Shown here: piece after piece, positions 27,727-35,850 of the stretch | Numbering within the stretch: position 1 is the first letter of the stretch | Layout: each line of letters starts with the position of its first letter | DNA from: Treponemataceae bacterium | GTDB taxonomy: Bacteria; Spirochaetota; Spirochaetia; Treponematales; Rectinemataceae | DNA: 64,000 nucleotides | Assembly (NCBI GenBank): GCA_963667725.2 | Contig: CAXXHO010000007.1 | Span: 32,001-96,000, forward strand | Direction of reading: 5' to 3' | Notes under the pieces: generated by a model | What the model was told of the DNA's origin: nothing | Seen by the model: only the letters and a program-made list of their open reading frames with translations | Database searches by the model: none | Position numbers and translations under genes: made by a program

Positions 27727-27980
27727 GATACTAAGAGCCCATTTATGACATCATGAGCATTTTTCCCTTTAGCATCTTTCTTGATCTCCTCGCGGGCTTC
27801 ATTAAGCTTTTGGTAGAGCTCAAGTTTTGCGAGCTGTTGATCATAGTACTCGAGAGACATTACAACGAGATCACCAATACCGTTTTTAGTGAGAAATACT
27901 GGTTCACTATCCGAATGTGCAATCTCGGAGATAGATGTGAAGTTGTTTCGAAGATCGGAAATCGGACGAATAATGGGCAT
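27723..27980 (-). CDS. Phd/YefM family antitoxin
   Basis: MPIIRPISDLRNNF..EPVFLTKNG..LVVMS; AGGAGG RBS. Confidence 0.92.
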   Translation of the reverse strand: MPIIRPISDLRNNFTSISEIAHSDSEPVFLTKNGIGDLVVMSLEYYDQQLAKLELYQKLNEAREEIKKDAKGKNAHDVINGLLVS

Positions 27981-27998
27981 GGGATCCTCCTAAAAGAT

Positions 27999-28027
27999 AG
28001 TATAATGATACTATAATGATAAGTCAA
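27999..28027 (-). promoter_or_regulatory. Promoter of the inverted Phd-ParE cassette
   Basis: Minus strand TTGACT-17-TATACT with tandem TATCATTATA repeats. Confidence 0.8.
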
Positions 28028-28094
28028 GAAGATAAAGCCAGTAGATAGTATTGATATATAGTTACTTCTAAAAGAATTAGCTGTTAAAAGATAC

Positions 28095-28227
28095 GGCTAA
28101 CACATGCTTCAGCCTGATAATTGCTTTTATCACACTTTTTGCAGTCGTCGCTTCGCTCCTTAGCAAAAAGTGCGCCAATCCTTCGCTTCGCTCAGGCATG
28201 GATTTAAAGCTTAAGCTAATGTTAGGT
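28095..28227 (+). repeat. attC 28 (chimeric, L boxes mutated)
   Basis: GGCTAAC..GCTTCAGC/CTTAAGC..GTTAGGT. Confidence 0.88.
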
Positions 28228-28256
28228 GGACGCGCTTAACGCGCGCTACAAGGAAA

Positions 28257-28916
28257 GTGAGTATGATCAAGAATAAGGCAATTATACTAGCAACTAGAAT
28301 ATCCTCATTCATTGTTGTCTTATTGGGCATCATCTCCATAGGTGGCGGGTTCAAAGGAAAATGGAACTGGTCATTATTCATGTACTATACCGTGCAAAGC
28401 AATACTCTCGTGCTGCTGATGTTTGGCTATTTGATTGTTAGGACGATTATAAGCATTAAGAACAAATCTGATCTCATAACCAAAACCAAAGACTTCGAAA
28501 TGGTCTGCATGGTAGACATATTTTTGACCTTCTTTGTGTATTGGACAATGTTGGCGCCGAAAATGACCTCACTGTGGGAGTTTTCAAACATTACCGTTCA
28601 TGGCGTAACGCCATTACTATGCATTATTGACTACATTCTTTATTATCAAAATAGTAGGTTAAAGTATCGAACTGTTTATTATGCCCTTATCTATCCGTTG
28701 CTCTATATAGTTTCCAATTCAATCGTGGGTTTACTTGGATATATCTATTACTATGATAGAACAGGTAGGCCTGTACATTTCCCTTACTTTTTTATGGATT
28801 ATGACAGGTTGGGGATCAAAACCATACCTTATATAGCTGGGTTAGTCGTGTTCATGGTTTGCATGAGTCATATAGTCTATGGTATTGATAAACGTATACT
28901 GAAGAAAAAGAGATAA
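28257..28916 (+). CDS. Pr6Pr-family membrane protein (cassette 29)
   Basis: YYTVQSN, TFFVYWTMLAP, HGVTPLL..D, YPLLY, FPYFFMD. Confidence 0.82.
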   Translation: MSMIKNKAIILATRISSFIVVLLGIISIGGGFKGKWNWSLFMYYTVQSNTLVLLMFGYLIVRTIISIKNKSDLITKTKDFEMVCMVDIFLTFFVYWTMLAPKMTSLWEFSNITVHGVTPLLCIIDYILYYQNSRLKYRTVYYALIYPLLYIVSNSIVGLLGYIYYYDRTGRPVHFPYFFMDYDRLGIKTIPYIAGLVVFMVCMSHIVYGIDKRILKKKR

Positions 28917-28931
28917 TGAAGTAATAGTAGC

Positions 28932-29058
28932 ATCTAGCACCTGCTTCAACCCGATAATTGCTTTTGGCGCAATTCTTGCAGTCGCTGCGCTCGGCAAGAA
29001 CTGCGCCAAGCCTTTGCTTCGCTCAGGCGCGGATTTAAAGGTTAAGCCAATGTTAGGT
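28932..29058 (+). repeat. attC 29 (inverse core mutated AAC to AGC)
   Basis: ATCTAGC...GTTAGGT. Confidence 0.88.
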
Positions 29059-29124
29059 GGACGCGCTAAGGCGCGCCAAGCAAGATACTGAATAGTTGAG
29101 CTATTGATGCATAGGAGTATAATC

Positions 29125-29766
29125 ATGTCGGATTACTCAAAAAGTGCATTGGAGATCTTGCGCAATCCTCAGAAGACAATGCAATGGTACATTATCCCGA
29201 TCTTTGTAATTGTCTTATACATATATTATAAAGAGTTACATGATAAGCACTACAATGTAGTATTAGGGGCATTTGCTTTATGGGGAATGGACCTCTTTAA
29301 CGAGATATGGAATAGCATTGTTTTTCATGCAACGGGGTTTGCTCCAGTGTGGGGCACTCCTGGCGGAGTAGGGAATACTTCATTATTGCTCTTGATTGGC
29401 TACAATATAGAAATATCGCTTATGTTCGCTGTTATGGGGATCGCCGTATGCTTAAGCTTGCCTAAAGACAAGACAAAGAAGATATTGGGGATCAATAATA
29501 GAATATTTTTAGGAATAGGGTTTACTACCGTAGCGGTGCTTGTCGAATGCTTTTTAAATTATGCTGGTTTATTGACGTGGGAATATCCTTGGTGGAGCAG
29601 GCAGGCGCCATGGCTTGTATGGCTTATAGGGTATGCTCCATTCTTTACGATGGCATTTATTGTCCATGATATGAAGAAACGCAAGAATCAAATACTTACT
29701 TTAGGTATAATACTGGGCATTGATATCATTGCATTAATTGTATTTGGAAGTATTGGTTGGATGTAA
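29125..29766 (+). CDS. Multi-pass membrane protein (cassette 30), paralogue of 53929..54558
   Basis: AGGAG RBS; ALEILR..MQWYIIP, EIWN, VWGTP, EISLMFAVMG, KILGINNR. Confidence 0.85.
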   Translation: MSDYSKSALEILRNPQKTMQWYIIPIFVIVLYIYYKELHDKHYNVVLGAFALWGMDLFNEIWNSIVFHATGFAPVWGTPGGVGNTSLLLLIGYNIEISLMFAVMGIAVCLSLPKDKTKKILGINNRIFLGIGFTTVAVLVECFLNYAGLLTWEYPWWSRQAPWLVWLIGYAPFFTMAFIVHDMKKRKNQILTLGIILGIDIIALIVFGSIGWM

Positions 29767-29778
29767 TAGAGAAGAAGC

Positions 29779-29908
29779 TTCTATCAATCGCTTCAATCCA
29801 ACTCGGCTACTGTCACGGTTTGTGCAAGGCCGCTTGGCTCCCAGCACAAACCACGCCAAGTTTTCGCTTCGCGCAGGCTCGGATTTAAAGGTTAAGCTAA
29901 TGATAGAC
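29779..29908 (+). repeat. attC 30 (both cores changed: ATC/GAT)
   Basis: TTCTATC...GATAGAC; family C left arm, family A right arm. Confidence 0.85.
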
Positions 29909-29940
29909 AAACGCGCTTCGCGCAGAGGAAAGATCTTCAC

Positions 29941-30384
29941 ATGAGAGTATGGTCATTGCACCCCAAATACCTAGATGCAAAAGGCATCGTCGCGGCGTGG
30001 AGAGAAGGGCTATTGGCAAAAAAGGTGCTAGAGGGAAGAACAAACGGATACAGAAACCATCCTCAGCTATGCCGATTCAAAGAGTGTAAAGACCCTGTTG
30101 AAGCAATAACTGCATATCTGCAGCATGTGTATAGTGAATCCCTTGTACGGGGCTATCGATTCAATGGAGACAAAATAGGTCCACATAGAGAATGTACGGA
30201 AATGATGATAGAAGTGACAGACGGGCAAATTGCATATGAGTATCGCTTGTTGCTGCATAAACTGAAGGCAAGAGATCCAACTAAATATAATCGGATAAAG
30301 AACATAAAGGACATTGAAGTAAACGGGATATTCAAGGTGATTGAAGGTGGGATTTGTGAATGGGAGAAAATGAAAGAACTATAG
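29941..30384 (+). CDS. Pyrimidine dimer DNA glycosylase / endonuclease V-like protein
   Basis: MRVWSLHPKYLDAKGIVAAWREGLLAKKVL.G.T.GY.NHPQL. Confidence 0.85.
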   Translation: MRVWSLHPKYLDAKGIVAAWREGLLAKKVLEGRTNGYRNHPQLCRFKECKDPVEAITAYLQHVYSESLVRGYRFNGDKIGPHRECTEMMIEVTDGQIAYEYRLLLHKLKARDPTKYNRIKNIKDIEVNGIFKVIEGGICEWEKMKEL

Positions 30385-30449
30385 GTTCACTATCCGAATG
30401 GGCAATCTCGGAGATAGTTGTGAAGTTGTTTCGAAGATCAGAAATCGGA
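30384..30449 (-). pseudogene. Fragment of a second Phd antitoxin gene
   Basis: Nearly identical to 27901-27966 (encodes PISDLRNNFTTISEIAHSDSEP). Confidence 0.85.
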
Positions 30450-30463
30450 TAAAAAAGAAGAAC

Positions 30464-30536
30464 GGCCAACTCCTGCTTCAGCTTGATAATTGCTTTTGTC
30501 ACAGTTCTTGCAGTCGCTGAGCTCGAGAAGAATTGC
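30464..30536 (+). repeat. Truncated attC (left half of family B only)
   Basis: GGCCAAC-TCCT-GCTTCAGCTTGATAATTGCTTTTGTCACAGTTCTTGCAG; no L'/R'. Confidence 0.8.
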
Positions 30537-30554
30537 CTACCTAAAGGATAAGCG

Positions 30555-31070
30555 ATGAATGTATCATTCCAGCTACTTAAGAAACCTACAAACGAAATAA
30601 TTGAAAAAATGGTTATATGGAATAATGATCCAAGCCTAAGGCCTCTTATTAGACCGAATAAATGTGAAGCAGATCTAGAAAAAATAATGACCACTTCTGA
30701 AATTGAATCGGGAATGAAGCACAGTATTACGCATATAATAAAAATTGACAAAGAAGTGGTTGGAGAAATAGGATATCAGATAGAACCACCTCAGTTGTTT
30801 AAGAAAGAAAAAGGAACCGTATGGATATCTATCATAATAGGAGAACAAGCAGCCCATGGCAAAGGTATTGGAACTGAAGCGATGGAGTATATAGAAAAAG
30901 TAATAAAAAAAGAAGGCTTTAGTAGGATTGAACTAGGAGTATTTGAGTTTAACAAGGTAGCACTAGGACTCTATCAAAAGATGGGATATAAGGAGATAGG
31001 AAGAGTGAAAGAATTCACCTATTGGAATGGAAAGATGTGGCAAGATATAAGAATGGAAAAGAACATTTGA
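30555..31070 (+). CDS. GNAT acetyltransferase
   Basis: IIIGEQAAHGKGIG, LGVFEFNKVA..LYQKMGY. Confidence 0.9.
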   Translation: MNVSFQLLKKPTNEIIEKMVIWNNDPSLRPLIRPNKCEADLEKIMTTSEIESGMKHSITHIIKIDKEVVGEIGYQIEPPQLFKKEKGTVWISIIIGEQAAHGKGIGTEAMEYIEKVIKKEGFSRIELGVFEFNKVALGLYQKMGYKEIGRVKEFTYWNGKMWQDIRMEKNI

Positions 31071-31085
31071 ACGAGGAATGAATAT

Positions 31086-31199
31086 TTCTAACACTCGTTT
31101 CAACCTGACTCGGCCACTGTCAAGGTTTGTGCTGCTCACTTCGTTCGCAAGCCACGAATCGCGCCTATTGACGCCTCGCAGGTTAGACGTATGTTAGAA
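31086..31199 (+). repeat. Last full-length attC (family C, eroding)
   Basis: TTCTAAC...GTTAGAA. Confidence 0.88.
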
Positions 31200-31245
31200 C
31201 GGCGCCTCCGGCGCCGGATCTTAAGAATCTATATTGGAGTGCAAT

Positions 31246-31779
31246 ATGCATATCAAGAAAATTATTGGCGACAAATGCTATCTTTCTCCCATCGATCTCG
31301 AAGACATCAATCTCTATCTAGAATGGCTCAACTCAGAGGATGTTTACAAATACCTCCTTGTAGGAACAAGCGTGCTTACGTATGAGACTGAAAAAGAAGT
31401 GTTGCTTAAGCTTTCTAAAGAACATGTGTATGGCATTATTGATAAGGAGACTGATAAACTACTAGGCAATGTTGGGCTAATGAGTGTCAATCACATTCAT
31501 AAAACGGCAGAAGTAGGAATATTTATTGGGAATCAAGAGTATTGGGGCAAAGGCTATGGAACTGAAGCTTTGAAGCTTCTTGTAGATTATGCCTTTCGAA
31601 TATTAGGGCTAGAGAACATTATGTTGAAGACCTATGATTATAATGTGAGAGCACAAAAGAGTTATAAGAAAGTAGGTTTTAAGGTTATGGGTGTGAGAAG
31701 AAGCTCTCATTACTATAATAATGAACGACATGATGATATTTATATGGATGTAGTAAAAGAAGACTTTTATCGTCAATAA
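31246..31779 (+). CDS. GNAT acetyltransferase, diverged copy of 20290..20823; its own attC is lost
   Basis: Same length and leader, about a dozen amino-acid changes. Confidence 0.9.
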   Translation: MHIKKIIGDKCYLSPIDLEDINLYLEWLNSEDVYKYLLVGTSVLTYETEKEVLLKLSKEHVYGIIDKETDKLLGNVGLMSVNHIHKTAEVGIFIGNQEYWGKGYGTEALKLLVDYAFRILGLENIMLKTYDYNVRAQKSYKKVGFKVMGVRRSSHYYNNERHDDIYMDVVKEDFYRQ

Positions 31780-31878
31780 GAAGCGGCAATGCAGTATAGA
31801 CCTTAGCTGCAAGGTAATTGATGAAGAGAATTATTTATGTTTAATAGCGCATTAAGCTTAAACGTGTGTTGAAAGGGG

Positions 31879-32124
31879 GTGAATATGCTAATTACATTGA
31901 TAATTGTCGGCGGAATCACAATAATATCTATAGCAGGTATTATTGGAGAAAGTTTAAGCAAGTCGAAAAAATCTACGTCATCAATAGATGCTAAAGAGAT
32001 GAAAGATTTAAAGGATAGAATCGCAGAACTAGAGAGAGTAATAGTTGAGCAAGATAAAAAAATTGAACATTTAGAAACGGATATCTCATTTACAAATAAG
32101 TTGCTAGAAGATAAGACAAAATAG
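31879..32124 (+). CDS. Small TM plus coiled-coil protein
   Basis: N-terminal hydrophobic helix followed by a heptad-like charged helix. Confidence 0.75.
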   Translation: MNMLITLIIVGGITIISIAGIIGESLSKSKKSTSSIDAKEMKDLKDRIAELERVIVEQDKKIEHLETDISFTNKLLEDKTK

Positions 32125-32146
32125 ATGTTTAGGCGGTAATAGAGAA

Positions 32147-32271
32147 ATTTAGCGCCTGCTTAAGCCTGGTGATTGCTTTCATCACAGTTCTTGCAGTTGC
32201 CACACACTGAAAGAAGTGCCCAAATCTTCGCTGCGCTCAGGACGCAATTATAAGTCAAGCTAGTGTTTTAC
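32147..32271 (+). repeat. Degenerate attC relic (family B)
   Basis: ATTGCTTTCATCACAGTTCTTGCAG..CTTCGCTGCGCTCAGGACGCAATTATAAGTCAAGCTAGTGTT aligns end to end with attC 9. Confidence 0.8.
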
Positions 32272-32356
32272 GGAAAATGCACGCATCATTATCGGTTTTC
32301 TTCTCTATGGCGAAATTTTGAAGTGTTAGGCAAACAGGCTTTTGGAGATTGAAGAT

Positions 32357-32644
32357 ATGATAATTCTTGTTATTACTCACGAAATGCCAAATATCAAATG
32401 GAATGAATACGGGACCATTTTAAAAGAAGAAGCTAAGGCAATATGGAACTTACAGAAGAAAGGGAAGATAAGGAATATTTGGTTTAGGAAAGATACAAGA
32501 GAAGCAATAATAATGTTTGAAGATATAAATGTTGAAAGCGTAAGGCAGATGATGGCTCAACTTCCTTTAGCTAAAGGGAGCCTAATGACCTATGAGATAA
32601 TGCCTTTAGAAGCCTACGATGGATATGAAAGGCTATTTTGTTGA
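32357..32644 (+). CDS. Muconolactone isomerase-like dimeric alpha/beta barrel protein
   Basis: LKEEAKAIWNLQKKGKIRNIWFR..LPL..YEIMPL. Confidence 0.7.
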   Translation: MIILVITHEMPNIKWNEYGTILKEEAKAIWNLQKKGKIRNIWFRKDTREAIIMFEDINVESVRQMMAQLPLAKGSLMTYEIMPLEAYDGYERLFC

Positions 32645-32657
32645 AGAAAGAGAAAAC

Positions 32658-32771
32658 TTCTAGCACTAGCTTCAGTCTGACTCAGCTACTATCACAGTCT
32701 GTGCGAGGTCGCTTCGCTCCCTAGCACAAACTGCGCCAGCAGCCATTTCACAAGTTAATCGAATTTTCAAT
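32658..32771 (+). repeat. Degenerate attC relic (family C-like)
   Basis: TTCTAGC-ACTA-GCTTCAGTCTGACTCAGCTACT..GCACAAACTGCGCCAG..GTTAATC. Confidence 0.78.
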
Positions 32772-32812
32772 AGACAGAACGATTCCAAATTTTTCTGCCA
32801 AATAGAGGCACT

Positions 32813-33373
32813 ATGGGTAAACTCATTTATACTGCTTTAATATCACTTGATGGCTACATATCTGATGATTTAGGCAATTTTGATTGGGCAGAGCCGCAGG
32901 AAGATGTTCACAGATATATTAATAATATTGAAGATAGGATAAGCCTTGTACTGTATGGCAGGAAAATGTATGAAATTTTGTCAGTTTGGGAAAATATTCT
33001 TGATATGGGAAACCAGCCAGATTATATTAAAGAATACGCGATAGCTTGGAAAAAGCAAAGAAAGATAGTATTTAGTACAAAATTGCAAGCTGTATCGATA
33101 TCTAATACCAAGCTCATGAAAAAATTTGATCGAGATGAAATAGAGAGAATGAAAATAGATGAATTGGGTGATATGGGAATTGGAGGAGCAAATCTTGCTT
33201 CACAAGCATTTGATTTATGCTTGGTTGATGAGATAATGATATTTATCTATCCCATAGTAATAGGGAATGGAACTAAATGGCTTGGTTCGATTAGGAATGT
33301 ACAGCTTGAAATGATGGAAGTAAGAGAATTTAATAATGGAATTGTGATGATTCATTATTCAGTGAAAAAATAA
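32813..33373 (+). CDS. Dihydrofolate reductase / RibD C-terminal family protein
   Basis: ISLDGYI, LYGRKMYE, KIVFS, GGANLA, VDEI..PIVIGNG. Confidence 0.9.
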   Translation: MGKLIYTALISLDGYISDDLGNFDWAEPQEDVHRYINNIEDRISLVLYGRKMYEILSVWENILDMGNQPDYIKEYAIAWKKQRKIVFSTKLQAVSISNTKLMKKFDRDEIERMKIDELGDMGIGGANLASQAFDLCLVDEIMIFIYPIVIGNGTKWLGSIRNVQLEMMEVREFNNGIVMIHYSVKK

Positions 33374-33391
33374 GAAGCGGAGAGAATTGCT

Positions 33392-33437
33392 GCCTGGCGA
33401 TTGCTTCAGCCTTATAAATCATTTGTAAAGATTGTGC
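33392..33437 (+). repeat. Partial attC relic (family A left arm)
   Basis: GCTTCAGCCTTATAAATCATTTGT versus GCTTCAACCTTATAAATCCTTTGT. Confidence 0.65.
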
Positions 33438-33449
33438 TAGGATTGAAGA

Positions 33450-33986
33450 GTGAAGCTACGCCTTATAAAAGCTGATATTGCATTTATGATAGAGAAAAAG
33501 TACGAGAATGAAATAATTCCATCAAAATGTATAATTAGTGGAGCAAATTTGAAGGATCTAAAAACAGTGCACAATGAAATAGAAAACTTTATTGCGCTTA
33601 AAATGGAGTCTGATTCGCCGTTTGCAAATAGGAAAGGCGAGAAGGTGTTCGATATTATCCGTATTTGCCCAAACCACTTAGGATACAGGCGTTTTACGTA
33701 ATAGGGCGGAAGCCAAAATGTATAAAAAATAGGTGGAACAACATTAATAACCTCATTATCTAGCTTCGGGAATATCTCGTCTTTGGCAATTCCTTTAGGG
33801 AGTTATCCATTGGCAATGGCTATAGGTTCGATTAAAGAATAGGCTTGGACGGTTAATGGAAAAATTGAGGTTAGGGAAATACAGAATATAACCATGCAGT
33901 TCAGTCATGACTTTGTAGATGGTGGAGACGAAGCGTGATTTATTAAAGTACTTAATGATGAACTCGATAAATTAGCTAAAGAAATA
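33450..33986 (+). pseudogene. 2-oxoacid dehydrogenase acyltransferase (E2 catalytic domain-like) pseudogene
   Basis: DIAFMIE..IISGAN.K then GGTTLITSLSSFG..AIGSIKE*AW.VNGKIEVRE..ITMQFSHDFVDGG.EA*F with in-frame stops. Confidence 0.75.
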
Positions 33987-34015
33987 TGCCGAGCGGCTCT
34001 TAAGCGCAGGAAGAA

Positions 34016-34579
34016 ATGGAAAACATCAAATTGGATCGTTCATCAAAGATTCTCGTGATCGGGACAAGCGGCTCTGGAAAAACAACACTTGCCGAAAAGT
34101 TGAGCAAAATGTTGGGCATTAAGAATATCGAACTGGATGCTCTCTTTTGGAAAGAGAACTGGACACAATCAAGTACCGAAGAGTTTCGGGAAAAAATTGT
34201 GAGTTCAATTAAAACGGCAGAAGGGTATGTACTTCATGGGAACTATAATAAGGTTAAAGACTTAACATGGGGCAATGTGGATACTGTAATATGGCTTGAT
34301 TATGGTAGGGTAGTAGTAATGTGGAGGGTGCTTAAGAGGACTATTGGCAGGATTATAACGCAAGAAGAATTATGGGCAGGAAACAAAGAGACTTTCAAGA
34401 AATCATTTTTAGAAAAAGATTCAATAGTTCTCTGGGCTTGGAATACTTATAAAAAGAGAAAGGAGCAATATTCTATAATGGTGAAAGATAATCCTTATAG
34501 GATTAAGGAAATTGTTGTATTGAAAAGTCCTAAAGAGGCAAAGTCATTGTTGAAGATGATTGAAGAACTAAAATGTTGA
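34016..34579 (+). CDS. Adenylate-kinase-like / topology modulation (FlaR-like) protein
   Basis: IGTSGSGKTTLA, ELDALFW, GNY, IWLD. Confidence 0.85.
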   Translation: MENIKLDRSSKILVIGTSGSGKTTLAEKLSKMLGIKNIELDALFWKENWTQSSTEEFREKIVSSIKTAEGYVLHGNYNKVKDLTWGNVDTVIWLDYGRVVVMWRVLKRTIGRIITQEELWAGNKETFKKSFLEKDSIVLWAWNTYKKRKEQYSIMVKDNPYRIKEIVVLKSPKEAKSLLKMIEELKC

Positions 34580-34635
34580 ATCACCTGTCGTTCTTTGAAT
34601 ATAAGATTTTTAAGTGTGCAGGGTAGGGTGGAAAA

Positions 34636-35109
34636 GTGGAGTATGCAGTCTGGCTGGACTATTTGGAGCGTCAAAAGAACATGGGGAACCATCATTCTCC
34701 GCAATATGTGTTTGCTGAACACTTTTGCAATGACAAACAATCGGCAGACAAATTGTATCAATTGGTGATGGATGGAAAGAAAAGGGCAACTACAGGAAGT
34801 ATATGGGCATATGAACATGATAACGAACCGATATTAAATTCTGGAGACCTTACAATCTTGACGAACTATGATGAATCACGGGCATGTGTAATAAGAACAA
34901 AAAGTGTAGTCATAAAGAAATTCAAAGAGATCACTGAAGACGAGGCGGGAAAAGAAGGAGAGGGGGATTTGAGTTTGGGATATTGGCGAAAAGTCCATAA
35001 AGAATACTTCGAAGAGGAATGTAGGAGGATTGGAAGAGAATTTTCCGAAGAAATGCCTGTAGCATATGAAGAGTTTGAGATTGAGTATGAGAATGAGCGT
35101 GGTCATTGA
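34636..35109 (+). CDS. ASCH domain protein
   Basis: ADKLYQLVMDGKKRATT, EGEGDLSLGYWRKVH. Confidence 0.9.
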   Translation: MEYAVWLDYLERQKNMGNHHSPQYVFAEHFCNDKQSADKLYQLVMDGKKRATTGSIWAYEHDNEPILNSGDLTILTNYDESRACVIRTKSVVIKKFKEITEDEAGKEGEGDLSLGYWRKVHKEYFEEECRRIGREFSEEMPVAYEEFEIEYENERGH

Positions 35110-35163
35110 TGTTCAAAGGGAAGCATTCAGAGAGTGCGTTGCGCGGATGTTTAGCTCGGAGGA

Positions 35164-35742
35164 TTGAAAAATATGAACGATGAATTGGAATTCCAATCTA
35201 GGCAACATTTTAGGCTTTGGTTAACTGAACATTCACAAGATGGGAAAGGTGTTTGGGTCATCTTTTGTAAAGGCAAGGAAGCAACCACATTGAAATCTAG
35301 TGAGGCGCTGGAGGAAGCATTGTGCTTTGGCTGGATTGATGGGCAGATCAAGCCAATAGATGATGTAAGGTATATGAAATACTTTGCTCCACGAGGAGCA
35401 AAAAGTAATTGGTCGGAGAAAAATAAGAGGCTTGCAGAGGAACTCATTAAGGCTGGTTTGTTCTCAGAGTATGGGTTCTCTGCGATTGAAAAATCAAAGA
35501 AAAATGGGTTATGGGATCAGGAAAAGAAAAACATCGATCCCGATGCCATAGTGAAAACACTTGCCGATGAGCTGAAAGTGAATAGCATAAAGGCGCATGG
35601 GATATTCAGCTCTTCATCGGAATCGAAACAGAGGCAGTTGGCTAGGTTCTATGCCGATGTCAAGAGTGAAGAAGTCAGGAAAAAAAGAATGATAAAAATC
35701 GTAGAGGCATTAATAGAGCGCAAAAAAGGTATGTTGTATTAA
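35164..35742 (+). CDS. YdeI/OmpD-associated family protein
   Basis: FRLWL..H, EEALCFGWIDG, FAPR..KSNWSEKNK. Confidence 0.88.
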   Translation: MKNMNDELEFQSRQHFRLWLTEHSQDGKGVWVIFCKGKEATTLKSSEALEEALCFGWIDGQIKPIDDVRYMKYFAPRGAKSNWSEKNKRLAEELIKAGLFSEYGFSAIEKSKKNGLWDQEKKNIDPDAIVKTLADELKVNSIKAHGIFSSSSESKQRQLARFYADVKSEEVRKKRMIKIVEALIERKKGMLY

Positions 35743-35850
35743 GCGGAGACACATAAGGGTACTGGAGTATGCGCTTATGCGAGCGAGTGGGAGAATGGCA
35801 TACAGACTTATTCATATAAGTTTGATAAAAATATTGTCAGGAGATGCCGT

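Larger units (their letters stand above)
4700..31199 (+). mobile_element. Chromosomal (sedentary) integron: intI, attI and about 32 gene cassettes
   Basis: IntI followed by 31 full-length attC sites; each cassette's GTT core matches the inverse core at its own 3' end; AT-rich cassettes within GC-rich flanks. Confidence 0.97.

Noticed and set aside
6580..31199. Regularly recurring repeats as a CRISPR array or REP/MITE family
   Set aside because: Repeats are 107-140 bp imperfect palindromes with R and L boxes, separated by gene-sized inserts and adjacent to intI; no cas genes. They are attC sites.
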